This document shows, in pieces, positions 12,874-26,903 of a stretch of 64,000 nt of DNA. Under the pieces are notes generated by a model that worked only from the letters and a program-made list of their open reading frames with translations, was not told where the DNA came from and did no database searches. The stretch is taken from contig NC_042999.1 in the NCBI RefSeq assembly GCF_006345805.1, positions 171,120,001-171,184,000 of the forward strand, written 5' to 3'. A program made the position numbers and the translations under genes. This DNA is from Octopus sinensis. Lineage: Eukaryota. Every line of letters starts with the position of its first letter. The stretch's first letter is position 1.

Positions 12874-15800
12874 TATCTTCTTATCTAGGCACATGGTCAA
12901 CCATATTGGGTGGCGGTTTTTAACTGATTTCACCGACCTCCCTTCTTGACTGATTATTCATTTTGTAGATTCCTTTATCATGGAAGTTAAAGTTGACCAC
13001 GATGAGATTTGGAATCGAAAGTAACGTGCTGGGATCTTGTCTGATATTTTAGTAATTATGCCAACATAACCACCCTAACAACAACGACAACAACAACAAC
13101 AACAACAGCAGCATCAGTAATAATACGAAAATAAAATAGAAAACCGAAGCCTACGTATGAGGGGAGCATTTGCAAGGACTACAAGATAGTTACTAACGCT
13201 AAAAGTAAAGAAAACGTAAACGCGACACAATAAATTGCAATAACGACACAGAACAATAAATTTCCACACCCTCCCTTCTATGTCCCACTGAACTCTGTCT
13301 GTCTGTCTCTGTCTCTCTCTCTCTCTCTCTCTGTCTGTCTCTCTGTCTGTCTCTGTCTCTGTTTCTGTCTCTCTCTCTGTTCCTCTTTTACCCCGGAAGC
13401 AACTCTCAGTGGCCACAGCAACAGTCCTCGGTCAAAGTTCTCACATCTACATGAAATTATTCCTGAAATAGCGACAAACAATATATGCCATTAGGGTCTC
13501 CTTTCACACAATTCAGACTTACTGTTATATATATATATATAAAAACCTATGCCGTTTAATGTGCTTAATCTGCATCATAGAAGTGATATAATTAAACACA
13601 TCATTTTCATCGATCTGTCCTCCTTTTCATGTAACTTAATCGTCAGCTGCAGGACCGTAAATAACATTATTTGAAGAAATTCATAAGAACTTATGTTTTG
13701 TAATAATTACTAGACTGAGAATCTCTCAAATTTAGTTTTTTAAGGGAACTTTGTTAACATTCACAATAGAGTCTGATGATATTTGGAACTCACCCACACG
13801 TTACCACAGCTATTTGGCGCACGCACGCAAAGTAATAATGCACAGATCCCGCGTGTACTTTTGAATATTTCTGCCTTTTGTTGTAAAATAATTTCCCTTT
13901 AACCATTTATCAATGTTTCTCGGTCATTTTCTTTAATAAACCGGAAGCTGAAAAGCTGAAAATAATCGGGAGCTGAAAACTAATTTGGAGAATATTGCCC
14001 TGCACATCTGTATTAAAGTACATTTTCTTTATAACAGGGGTGATTGTTTTTGGTAGATATTAAACATCATATGATTGATGCCATTTACCATACTGTTATA
14101 ACATTACGAGGATAGGAGATTTAATATCCATGAAATCACGAGCGCAAAGAAAAATAAGAAAGTATAAACTAAATTTAGGTTAGAAGATTCGAAATTCACA
14201 CGAAATGAAAATAATGATCTAAAAATATTTTCGGATATGTATATCCAATAATTAAAAAGCGAATTGGCTGGAAAATTATAATTAGAATGTCCTCAGACTA
14301 TGGAAATTCATGCCTCACTTGGGAAAGTGATTAACTATGACTGTAATATAGTTTAGTTTGGAAGTCAAATTTTAGCGTAAGTGAAAAAAAAAACACATCG
14401 TTACTATTAATGAAATTCGACATAAATCTACCTTTAAGGCAACACATGCGTGTTTCTAATCTTCATGAGTTACTCAACCACAAAACACCTCAGGCAGTCT
14501 AACATTAGCAACAAAAGATTTTAAGTGGCGAATATAGAGCAAAAAATAATAAAATGTAAGAGAAGTAAGAAACAATGCCGTTGTAATTAAAACGGAAATC
14601 ATACCTGCATATTGAATAGAAACTAGTGACTTGAAAAGTATTTAAATCCCATGTTTATTTGTGATGCTAGAGTGCTACAAATATTATATAGTTCGCATCA
14701 TATCATAATATTTTGTCAAATATTATCTTAGCATTATAATTTTCCAGTTATTTAAAACTGCAGTTTGAATATAGAAATAATTCGGCAATGCGATTTCACC
14801 GACATAACAGCAGAAAAATATATTACTTTGCTTTTAAGTCAAAATAAAAACACTATGAAAAACCAGAGCCGAAAAATTACTTCATGTCAAAATAAACTCA
14901 TTAGACATTATACCAAAGTAGTTAGTAATGTTATAATGTAACTTTCCCAGAAACGGAACAAAATAACATCTCCTGTAAGCTGTGGAAAACTTGTATTAGC
15001 TACAATTTAATAATTTTAATAATTTTCTTTACAAATATTCTTGGTTACTATTCAGCAATACAGGCCAACGTACAACAGACGAATCACCGCTTACAATTAT
15101 GCTAATCCTCATTACCAATATCCTTACAATAGTGGTTCAGTGTTGTCCAATCAATAAACTTTAATTAAACTCCAGGCTAAAAAGTGATGCCAGTAAGTGC
15201 AAAGAAGATATCTCTGAACCAAAAATACAACTATTTACCCGACCAAATCTTACGCTACTATAAATATAATTGTCAGAGTACATGAGATCCTACCAATAAC
15301 GCTTCAAGTATATATTATCCTGCTTTATGACTATCTCTTACACATGATGCCCTTCTGAAATCATCATCTTCACTAGCTTTAAAATTTTAACGCACACACC
15401 GTTTCGTTCTCCTCACACTGATAGTGTGATCATGCCATCAAATGGGAAACCAAATCTTTGCAATACTCAAAACTATATCAAATTATTACATTCCTTACCT
15501 GCTTTCGTTATAGATACGCCGATAACCTAAATACACCTACCAAACTACGAATACATCTGCACTTAACGGCTTGTTCAATTTTCGCAACTACCAATTATAA
15601 GCTCAAATACTGATGAACGCATTTATCCCTTTCAAATACATGGAATTTTATCGCAGCTCACTATTGAGTATGAGACCATTTAAAGCACTCTAACCCTATC
15701 TCAGACGTATTTTCACCCCCGAACAATCAAGAATAGTTATACTGGTGGCAGAAAAGATCCTCTTTGTAATAATTCTCTATATCAAAAACAAACTACTCAA

Positions 15801-17497
15801 TTGCACGATGGCAATTCATGCTAAATGTAACATCTACTATTAATGAAAAAAGCAATCAATTCAAAAAACATCGGACGTGTGGTGGGCATTTACTTTTACT
15901 ACATGTAATACAAGAATCTAATTCTAACCACAAATAGAATCCCTGTGCATTGCAACTCACTCAAACTCTCTTAATTTCCATCCGGTATCTTCCCAAATAT
16001 ATCTTCACCAACCTATCTCAGTGAAAACCACCTGCCTCAGTATCCATCGTACATCCTTATCCCTGCTTACATTTGGAATGGCAAGTCTCAAAACCCTCTA
16101 AATATTTCCCTTGAACTTCAACAGGCTCACCACAATGCATACACAAATTTCAAATATGAAAATACTTCCAGATGTTTAAAACGAAAATAACATCTGCCAT
16201 AAACAATTTCTTCTTAGTTACTCTCAAACAATGAGCCCCAACACATGTCTCTATATTTCCCAGACTCTTTCATCGTGTGCACTCTACATGGACAAGTCAG
16301 AATATTTGAACACAAGCTACAATTATCATGCTATTGCACTTCCAGTATCACGAAAGTAATGTAAATCTCCAAATAAAAATGATATTCTCACTCATTGTGT
16401 CTATACCCTTATGGATTATAAGTATGTTCTTTGTAACGTTTGATACACTGGGGAGTTATTTTCTATATTACTTATCACTAACTTTCCCCTGAAAGAATTT
16501 TAGGGCAAGCAATTTCATAAAAATTCTCATCAACAAACTTTTCTCTCTTACTCAAATATCCTATGAACACTACGAGCTTATTTACTGGATGGAGAGATTC
16601 TTTTTATGTCACAATATCATCGTGTGTGCATAGGCAACGTTCTATGGCCCATACAACATCAATGCATCAATTCTAACCACCTAAAATTCATTTCTGTCCT
16701 CGCATGTTTTGCTCTTAAACATGTTTGGCCGACTTGTTGCATCCAATATTGCTCGATATTAAGCAGACAATTTCACTGTGATCTCAGTGCTGACAAAAGT
16801 AATTGTGGTAATAAAAATAATATTATATACGGAAGAGTTCCATGAAATCTGCTATCAGGAGACAAAACCTATAAAAATTACAATCTGAAAGCTGAAACTT
16901 GGAATTCAATTTTAGATAATAAAAGGAAATGGCATCCATCATTAAATCAAGTTTCGGTTCAACCTAATTATACGAATATATTTTTCTATACATTAAATTT
17001 AAACATGCCCAAGGATCATACAAATTTACTTGTTTTAAAGCCTGCTAACTTACATTCAAATAGACTATGGCTTACGAAGCACAAATTGAACCAATTTCAG
17101 ATATGTTTCAAAGCCGAAAATTTCATTAAGTAAAACATCGTTATTTTGTTTGTAGGTGTAGTATATTTTAAGGTTCTTCTAATCTCAGTTATTGTTTTGG
17201 CTAAAGTGCTTGCCATGCTCGAAAAGTTTGCTCAAATTTGGTATATGTGAAAATTAAATCTAAACCCCATAAAATGCACTTCTCTTTTCGAAAGTGGAAC
17301 AACATGAACTGTATTTCATATGGGGTAAGTATGAATAGAGAGCATTTGGTTACGGATTTAATGTAATTTGCTCATGGTTCTTTTGAATAAGGGCTGGCCT
17401 GAAACAAACAACAGAGAGCACATTTTTGAAACAATATATTCTGAAGAATTTTTTTTTCGTTGTCCAAACTAATCCTCCTATTAGAGCAGATTTGCTT

Positions 17498-17539
<42 letters not shown>

Positions 17540-18667
17540 AAATTGCAATATTTTACAGTCAACTCAATTGTTCAAATTAAAGGTAGCAATTACAGCCATT
17601 TATTTCTAACAGTTGCTCTCCATTAAATGAGATACTATAATCTTTATGGAGGGAAATTTGACAATTTCAAGAAGGAAGAGTTAAAAGAAAGAAAGAAAGA
17701 AACGAATCATGTGAGAATATTAGAAATAAAAAAGAAAATAGGTACAATTAGGCAAAACAAGCGAACAGTAAAACAAATAAACTTAATACTATGACAGCTG
17801 GGTCATTAAATCTAACTATAGTATTTTGAGAGCTGGAAATGTCTATGGAACTTAGTCATTATGTACAAAGAAAAAAAAAACTAGAGACGAAAATAGTCGT
17901 ATAAAAAATAACTACACACACGCATATATACGCACATATTTATACAAACATACACACGAGTGCGCACACACATACCCACACATGCACACACACATATGAT
18001 AGGCAAGACGGAACGATGGTAGAAAATTGCAATTCTAATCTTTTTTGATGTCTAGAAAGACGTACGGTTTAATGTGTGAAGTTATGAATGATGCAGTGTA
18101 GGTCAATTATAAGTCCAGAAAGAATTCAAAATATTCCGTTCTAATCGATAATCTTCCATTTTGGTAAACCTCACCACCATACACACACGCAGACGCACAC
18201 ACATATGTAGCACATTATTACAGACGTTCGCATATATAGAGATTTATAAATAAATATATGTATACATATATATCACAGATGCAACCCCACACACATACAC
18301 ACATGCACATGCACACACATACATACACACACAGACGCATGCACACACTACACACAAAACAGACACGCACACACGTACATACACATGAACACACATATTT
18401 CAAACTGCTGGTGAAACACCATTCTACTGACCATTCCCCAACGCACGTGGGAAAAACAGACTTCACAAAAGGCAGCCACTCCTACAACAAAAATCTTCCT
18501 ACAAAAACAAGCGATACAAAGTTCACCCACGCATACGCATATAAACAGCCAAAACCACACACACAGCACATACACACACATACACACATACGCATACACA
18601 CGTGGTATTATACACACACACAGATAAGCCCTGCGCATACGCACATACCCACATATACACACATACC

Positions 18668-19080
18668 TATTTTTTTATTACCCACAAGGGGCTAAACACA
18701 GAGGGGACAAACAAGGACAGACATAGGTATTAAGTCGATTACATCGACCCCAGTGCGTAACTGGTACTTAATTTATCGACCCCGAGAGGATGAAAAGCAA
18801 AGTCGACCTCGGCGGAATTTGAACTCACAACGTAACGCAGACGAAATACCTATTTCTTTATTACCCACAAGGGGCTAAACACAGAGGGGACAAACAAGGA
18901 CAGACATAGGTATTAAGTCGATAACATCGACCCCGGTGCGTAACTGGTACTTAATTTATCGACCCCGAAAGGATGAAAGGCAAAGTCGACCTCGGCGGAG
19001 TTTGAACTTACAACGTAACGCAGACGAAATACCGCTAAGCATTTCGCCCGGCGTGCTAAAGTTTCTGCCAGCTCGCCGCC
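18668..19080 (-). mobile_element. SINE family A, head plus two tandem body units
   Basis: Head GGCGGCGAGCTGGCAGAAAC at 19080. Unit 1 ends ...AAAGAAATA and rejoins at GGTATTTCGTCTG to a second, headless unit. Confidence 0.9.
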
Positions 19081-19084
19081 TTAC

Positions 19085-19670
19085 ATACACACATACCTCC
19101 TTCTCTTACACTCTCCTGTATTAGAAAGAACCGTTTCTTCACCCATTCCCTTCCGGTCATTTCCAAATGTAACCGCGTGTGAATCGTTGACGATTTTTTC
19201 CTACGTCTTCCCTTCTTTTGAACTTCCCTCTGTTTATAAAGAAGTTCGTCTGCTCGAAACGTTAAACCATCTTTCTTTCATTTCCCGAATGTCTGCTAAT
19301 ACATTACATTCACCACGTCCTCACGTTGTTGTTTTTTGTGATTGTTCTTTTTGAATTTACTTAACACACACACACACACATGTATATCTGTATAGTTGAT
19401 CAAAAATCGAGAAGAAAGGGCAACAAGAAAAAAACAACAACGTTAGGACGTACCACGTGCAAATTATTAATAAGACGCTCAGGGAATGTAAGAGTAGTTG
19501 TTTTACGTTTCGAGCATATATATATATATATGTATATAAAGTTAATCCAAACAAGAAAACACAGAAAAAAAGGGAAAAAAAAGGAAAAAAAAGGGAAAAA
19601 AAGGAAAATAAAGGGAAAAAAAACACAGCAACGCAGGACGTGGAACAATTAAAGTATTATTGACGCTCAT
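19085..19670. mobile_element. Cluster of short PLE-tail-like fragments in both orientations between microsatellites
   Basis: GCTCGAAACGTTAAACC (+, ~19250) and GCTCGAAACGTAAAAC (-, ~19505), each followed by related (CTGAGCGTC...CACGTCCT...GTTGTTGTTTTT) tails. A third tail lies at 19530-19670 (-). Confidence 0.5.
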
Positions 19671-19693
19671 ATATATATATATATATATATATA

Positions 19694-21363
19694 CACTACC
19701 GTCAGAAATTAATTAGCACCCTTGATTTGCTCTTCACTCAAGGTATGTGCTGTCACCTAGTGGCCATATCTCAAACTATTGCTTTGTTGCGAGTTCACTG
19801 TTTCGCAGAACGATGACGTAACTTTGTTTGCAGAGCGGTTTCAAAGTCTACAGCCTAATGATGTTGACATAGCAGTGCAACAACAACTTGGAGTGCGGAT
19901 GCAGATAAATTTTCCTTTGTTCAATAGATATAGGTAGCGCCTCGCAAGGACCGAAATCACACCGTACTAAGTTTTCTCATCGCGTAAGACGTTTTGAACA
20001 GCTCGTAGGTTAATTGATTTGTGTATTTGCAAGATTTTTTTTCCTCGCAAATTCTCCTACACTCTGCTTCGTGACGTCACTTCGGGTTCACAAAACTCTC
20101 TGTTATAAATCAAATAAGGTGAGAAATTCTGCTTTCTTTCTTTTTTGTTTAATGAATAATAACTCATAGCAGTTTTGTTATAGCATAACATTATTCAAAT
20201 AAATAGTTTTAATGAAAATAACTGGTTTTTATCATTCATTCCTAGATGGGCCCAAGACCTCGCATGACCTTGGAGAGACGGTACGAGGCTCTCTCGTGGC
20301 GTGGGAAGCTGTCGGAGACTGCAATAGCCAGAAAACTTGGTGTAGCCAGGCGCACAATTCAGTGCTTATTTAAGAGATACGAGGAAACCGGATCAGCAGC
20401 TGACAAAAAGGGTAGGGGACGGAAGAGGCTGACGACCCAGCGGCAACTGGCGGAGGAGATGCAAAAGGTGACAGGGAAGCAGTTGTCTACAACCACCGTC
20501 AAGTCCAGATTACTGGAAGCTGGCCTAAAATCCTGTAGGGCCGCCCGTAAGCCGCTCCTTACAGCCCAAAACCGGAAGAGGCGGCTGCTCTGGGCCCGTG
20601 CCCACAAGACATGGACCGTGCAGCAGTGGCAGACAGTGATGTTCACTGACGAGTCGCGATTCAGTCTCGTCAGTGACAAGCCTGTCCATGTGCGACGCCG
20701 CAGGGGTGAGCGCTTCAACAAAGACTGTATTGCTCCCACCATGAAGCATGGTGGGGGTTTTCTGATGGTGTGGGGGGCGTTCAGCTACAGTGGTGTTGGG
20801 CGGCTCTATGCCGTCGAAGGCAACATCAATGCAGCAAAGTACGTTGAGATAGTACGGAATGCTGCCCTACCCTCTGCGGGATACCTCTTTGGTGGCGAGG
20901 AGTACGTGCTCCAGCAGGACAACGCGCCTCCCCACACAGCCAAGCTCACAACCGGTTTCTTCAAGGACCATGGGGTGACGGTCATGGACTGGCCTGGCCA
21001 GTCACCTGACCTGAACCCTATTGAGAACCTCTGGAGTCGATTGTGTAGGGATTTGAATGTGCAGCAATACAGGAACCGACACGAGCTGTTTGGGGTACTT
21101 CTTGCTGCATGGAGGGCCATCCCTGCACAGTACCTGCAGGCACTCATAGACAGCATGCCGGCCCGCGTAGCAGCTGTCATTGCTGCCAAAGGAGGAGCAA
21201 CAAGATATTGACTAAATTTCACGTTTAATAACAATTATGTGGTATGCTGGGATATGTTTTAATAAATTTTTGATTAAAAACGAGTTCGTTTCTGATAATA
21301 AGTTAAGAAAATGAAAGAAAATGTAGAAATTTGAGAAGTGCTAATTAATTTCTGACGCAAGTG
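19694..21363 (+). mobile_element. Tc1-family DNA transposon, full length (1,670 bp)
   Basis: 26-bp TIRs CACT(AC/TG)CGTCAGAAATTAATTAGCAC with 2 mismatches, TA at both ends inside (TA)n, and an internal transposase ORF. Confidence 0.95.
20246..21211 (+). CDS. Tc1 transposase (DD34E), 321 aa, with apparent in-frame deletion in the second HTH
   Basis: HTH (AIARKLGVARRTI), GRGRK motif, RKPLL, FTDESRF / QQDNAPPH / SPDLNPIE. I counted 34 residues between the second D and the E. Confidence 0.93.
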   Translation: MGPRPRMTLERRYEALSWRGKLSETAIARKLGVARRTIQCLFKRYEETGSAADKKGRGRKRLTTQRQLAEEMQKVTGKQLSTTTVKSRLLEAGLKSCRAARKPLLTAQNRKRRLLWARAHKTWTVQQWQTVMFTDESRFSLVSDKPVHVRRRRGERFNKDCIAPTMKHGGGFLMVWGAFSYSGVGRLYAVEGNINAAKYVEIVRNAALPSAGYLFGGEEYVLQQDNAPPHTAKLTTGFFKDHGVTVMDWPGQSPDLNPIENLWSRLCRDLNVQQYRNRHELFGVLLAAWRAIPAQYLQALIDSMPARVAAVIAAKGGATRY

Positions 21364-21563
21364 TATATATATGTTAATAAATGAAATAAAACATATGCAT
21401 ATATATAAACATATATGTACGTACCTACCTCTACATGTACATATACGAGTACAGGACACCAAAGGGACGTCGAACACAAAGAGAAACGAAAACATAGACA
21501 CAAACCAAAGGAACAGGACATTTTTTAAAACAACAAAAAATGGAGTACAGGACGATATATATG

Positions 21564-21600
<37 letters not shown>

Positions 21601-21702
21601 TCGGGGTGAGTACTTGATAATTATAAGCACCTGTGTATACCGTTTGGTGGTGTAGGTGGTGGAGTAAATTGATCAAAATAAAAACATGATGCGAAGGTTT
21701 CA

Positions 21703-21780
21703 GCGGTACATACGTTTCGGGGCTTTATTAGACAGATTTATAACAATGCATAATGTATGTCTGTGGCCTTCTTCAGCCGC
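21703..21780 (-). ncRNA. Type I hammerhead ribozyme (family H1), GUA site, cleavage predicted between 21707 and 21706
   Basis: GCGG-CTGAAGA-AGGCC...AAGCCCC-GAAA-CGTATG-TA-CCGC. Stem II is weaker than in the plus-strand copy. Confidence 0.8.
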
Positions 21781-23583
21781 GCACAACAGCTTCCACAAGG
21801 ACATGTGTTACATCAAAAATTCTTGGTTGGGGATGCAAATCCTCTCATTCGCGTACGACATAATGCGGCAGCAGCATAGAATTGAAGCGTCCATCTCTTT
21901 CTTCTCTCAATGTAGAATGAGTAAATTTGGATGTTGAAGTAATGTAAATAAATAAATACATATATAGACGTGAAGATGGAGGGGCGAGAATTCAGGACGA
22001 GGGATAAAAAATGTATAAAAAGTGTAAGTATAGAAAATATAAAAATGTAGAGTATAAAGATATAAGGGATATAAGGAAATGTAAAGGGGGTATAAAGAAT
22101 ATAAAGAATATAAGGAAATATAAATAAATGTAAAGGCATAAGGTTATAAAGTAAAAATAGAAATAGAAATAAAAGTAAAAGTAAAAAATAAAAATAGGAA
22201 TAAACATGATAAAAATGTAAAAAAATATAAAGATAAGGGATGTATAGAGGTTATGGACCAAACATGGTGGTCAGGAGATTGATAAAATTTAGTTGTAGAA
22301 GTTTTGGGTCTCAATAAATGAACAGTGTCTTCTGGGGACCTAATGTGTTGTAAATCAGAGCTGTTGAGAGTTTAATCTAGTTCTTTGAATTAATTGGTCA
22401 TCTTGTACATACATACCATCATGGATACATACACCCATATACACGCGTACATATACGCGCGCATACACGGCTCCAAGCCTATAAGCATACACACGCACTC
22501 ACTTGTAAACATGTACATAAACACACACACACACACACACGCCCGCGCGTACATATACATACATACAACAGAATATCCGCATGTATACACGGACATTATA
22601 CGTGTACACACCCACATGTACATACGTGCGCCCATCCTTACATACACATACACATATGCCCACGCTTCCAGGTTTAGATATAAGATATTAAAGGATGTAT
22701 ATAAGAACGTATGTAAAGAATCACGCATTCACGTCTACACGTGCACGCACACACGGCTGTGTGTCCATATGTGTGTGCACATATACACTTACATACACAC
22801 ACAGAGACATACGCGCATATGGGTATAGCTATAAGATATTAAAAGATGTATACAAATAGGTGTAAACATATGAATGTAAGAAAACATGTAAAAAAGAAAT
22901 ACGGGGTATGTACATCCAGACGTAGATGTTTACTCGTACATATGTACATATATGTATACGTATACATACGTACACGGACGCTCGTATAATCATAAAGTGG
23001 ATCCATAGGTAAGTAAATAAGGGATAAGCAAAAAAAATAGACATATATAGAGATATAAAGCGATAAGTTAGGGATAAGAATGAGGGTAAGGGTAAAAATT
23101 AAAAATAAAAGTAAGAAATACAGTATAAAATAAGAAATACAATGTAAAAGTTAGAAATGAAATATAAAAATTATAAAAATTATAAGAATTAAGGTAAGGG
23201 ATGAAAATAAAAATGAGAATAAAGCGAAGTAGAATAAAAGTAAAAGTAAAAGTAAAAATAAAAATAAAATAAAATAAAATAAAAATATAATTTGGTAAAG
23301 TTTCACATGAGATGAAGGTGGTTGAAAGTTAGAGGTGTGTGTTAAAGGTGCCCACGTAGGGGCGGGTGGGGGGAACTGAAAATTGGAGGGGTGGGAAGTG
23401 GAGTTTGGCGGGGTGCGTTCAACATCCGAGTTAGAAATGTGAAAGGGTATAGATATAGGGGAATAAAGAGACTATATAGGAAGGATATGGGTGTAGGAGA
23501 AGAAATATGTAGGGAAAAGAAGACATATATGATAGAAAAAATGTGTATATATAGGAGGAAAATGCAGGGAACATACACACACC

Positions 23584-23635
<52 letters not shown>

Positions 23636-23772
23636 CGTACACATATGTGCACATACATATATATACACACACATATACGCATATACACGCACATATAGGA
23701 AAGCGGGATGTGCTGGAGCCGACAGGTTGCACCGGGTGGGAGGAAATTGCATGGGGGAGTTGGTATAATAAC

Positions 23773-25032
23773 CTAAGCTTTGTAGTATTTGAAAGTGTTA
23801 ATAAGTTTGTGTATACAGGATGGTTTGAACTCTGACCTTTTGTTAATAAGTTTGTGTTTGTCTTTGAATTTCAAGATGTTCAGGAGTTCTACACAACATA
23901 GTTGACATCCCGCTCTATTATTTAAATAAGGTGCAGCTGATCCGATGATGGACCACCTGAGTTTGAAGCCTATGCATTTGTCTTTTAATTCCCAAATTTT
24001 TTAGAAAGGGAGGTGCTGTTAGCCTTATGTCTGTGTTTCAGCGAGGACCGGTGGTTGTAGTATCTGGATTTCCAGGAGGTTGAGCAACCTATGTAGGTGA
24101 GTGTGTTAAACTGGGTACTCACCTCACATGGATATATTACGTTTTTCGCCCTACATGCGCCCTGTAGCGGGCACTGTGATGCACATCTGCAGTTGCATTG
24201 CATTGCATTATTCGGCCGTGTGCTGCTAATCCCAGGCGGAGGTGTTGCAATACGAGTGGGGGCGTTGGTATCCTCCTGGTTGTTGATGGGTGTAGTATTT
24301 CCTCTGTTGTGTTGGCGGGTGTTATTACTAACTGTTTGGGTAGTATGGCAGCCATTCTGGTTATATTGTCTACTATCTAGATGAGGGGGGTTCTGTTGGT
24401 CGCTATAGTTTGCTCTTGATCTAGCTGTTCTAATATTAATATAGTTATGTTTAGCTATGAGGCAGCTCATGTTGGGCAGGGTAGAGTAGGAAATCCTAAT
24501 GGTTTTGTTGGAGAAGATACTTCTATACTTATGGGTGGGTGGGAAGTTGTTGGAAATGATAGAGATATTCTCTTACATAACTTACCCCTAACTGCTACGT
24601 TGTAAGGTATGTTGAACCATATATATTTGCGTAATCTACTATTATCCCTTCTATTTCTCCTAATAGGATCTATATTGCTCTCGTCGGGAGGGTTACTATT
24701 GTGTGCTATTCTATTAGTTCGCCTGTTTCCTATACGTTGTTTGGAGTTTAAATTAGAATTATCGCTAGTGTGAGTTGAGTGCGGAGTTCGATTATAATTG
24801 GGAGTTTTATGGCCGACGGACGTTCCCGGGTGGTCTACATATGATATTCTCTGGTTATACCCGGCACTATAGAGAGCCTGGTTGTAGTATTGTGCGTGAT
24901 TATTGAAAATTTCTCTATTAGAGGATAGTTTTGTAAGTCTGTCTGAGATGGCTTGGACCGTGGTGTTAATTATACAGGGTGGATGGTTGGAAGAGGTATG
25001 GATGTATTTGGTAGTTTCTTCGGGTTTCCTAT
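23773..25032 (-). pseudogene. PLE ORF 3' fragment: RT thumb + Cys motif + GIY-YIG endonuclease, about 3 frameshifts
   Basis: RKPEETTKYIHTSSNHPP...HAQYYNQALYSAGY; IWFNIPYN; RISYSTLPNMSCLIAKHN; CNCRCASQCPLQGAC; VIY...YIG; WELKDK...GCQLC...CIH...YYKA*. Confidence 0.92.
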
Positions 25033-25039
25033 GTGTACG

Positions 25040-25085
<46 letters not shown>

Positions 25086-26903
25086 GGGGGTATGTGGGGG
25101 GGTGTATGTTCCCTGCATTTTCCTCCTATATATACACATTTTTTCTCCCATATATGTCTTCTTTTCCCTACATATTTCTTCTCCTACACCCATATCCTTC
25201 CTATATAGTCTCTTTATTTCCCTATATCTATACCCTTTCACATTTCTAACTCGGATGTTGAACGCACACCGCCAAACTCCACTTCCCACCCTTCCAATTT
25301 TCAGTTCCCCCCACCCGCCCCTACGTGGGCACCTTTAACACACACCTCTAACTTTCAACCACCTTCATCTCATGTGAAACTTTACCAAATTATATTTTTA
25401 TTTTATTTTATTTTATTTTTATTTTTACTTTTACTTTTACTTTTATTCTACTTCGCTTATTCTCATTTTTATTTTCATCCCTTACCTTAATTCTTATAAT
25501 TTTTATAATTTTTTATTTTCATTTCTAACTTTTACATTGTATTTCTTATTTTATACTGTATTTCTTACTTTTATTTCTAATTTTTACCCTTACCCTCATT
25601 CTTATCCCTAACTTATCGCTTTATATCTCTATATATGTCTATTTTTTTTGCTTATCCCTTATTTACTTACCTATGGATCCACTTTATGATTATACGAGCG
25701 TCCGTGTACGTATGTATACGTATACATATATGTACATATGTACGAGTAAACATCTACGTCTGGATGTACATACCCCGTATTTCTTTTTTTACATGTTTTC
25801 TTACATTCATATGTTTACACCTATTTGTATACATCTTTTAATATCTTATAGCTATACCCATATGCGCGTATGTCTCTGTGTGTGTATGTAAGTGTATATG
25901 TGCACACACATATGGACACACAGCCGTGTGTGCGTGCACGTGTAGACGTGAATGCGTGATTCTTTACATACGTTCTTATATACATCCTTTAATATCTTAT
26001 ATCTAAACCTGGAAGCGTGGGCATATGTGTATGTGTATGTAAGGATGGGCGCACGTATGTACATGTGGGTGTGTACACGTATAATGTCCGTGTATACATG
26101 CGGATATTCTGTTGTATGTATGTATATGTACGCGCAGGCGTGTGTGTGTGTGTGTGTGTTTATGTACATGTTTACAAGTGAGTGCGTGTGTATGCTTATA
26201 GGCTTGGAGCCGTGTATGCGCGCGTATATGTACGCGTGTATATGGGTGTATGTATCCATGATGGTATGTATGTACAAGATGACCAATTAATTCAAAGAAC
26301 TAGATTAAACTCTCAACAGCTCTTATTTACAACACATTAGGTCCCCAGACGACACTGTTGATTTATTGACACCCAAAACTTCTACAACTAAATTTTATCA
26401 ATCTCCTGACCACCATGTTTGGTCCGTAACCTCTATACATCCCTTATCTTTATATTTTTTTACATTTTTATCATGTTTATTCCTATTTTTATTTTTTTAC
26501 TTTTTACTTTTATTTCTATTTCTATTTTTACTTTATAACCTTATGCCTTTACATTTATTTATATTTCCTTATATTTACTTATATTCTTTATACCCCCTTT
26601 ACATCTCCTTATATCCCTTTATATCTTTATACTCTACATTTTTATATTTTCTATACTTACACTTTTTATACATTTTTTATCCCTCGTCCTGAATTCTCGC
26701 CCCTCCATCTTCACGTCTATATATGTATTTATTTATTTACATTACTTCAACATCCAAATTTACTCATTCTACATTGAGAGAAGAAAGAGATGGACGCTTC
26801 AATTCTATGCTGCTGCCGCATTATGTCGTACGCGAATGAGAGGATTTGCATCCCCAACCAAGAATTTTTGATGTAACACATTTCCTTGTGGAAGCTGTTG
26901 TGC

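Noticed and set aside
13395-13480. Possible minus-strand host exon (TTTCAG...GGG|GTAAAA)
   Set aside because: One open frame only, no recognisable domain and no partner exons. Cannot be supported without RNA data.
15000-16900. Strand-biased, coding-like stretch
   Set aside because: No long ORF or motif that I could recognise. It may be a very old repeat, but I cannot assign it.
20359-21234. Antisense ORFs (127, 74 and 142 aa) over the Tc1 transposase
   Set aside because: Expected shadow ORFs of a GC-rich coding strand, with no motifs.
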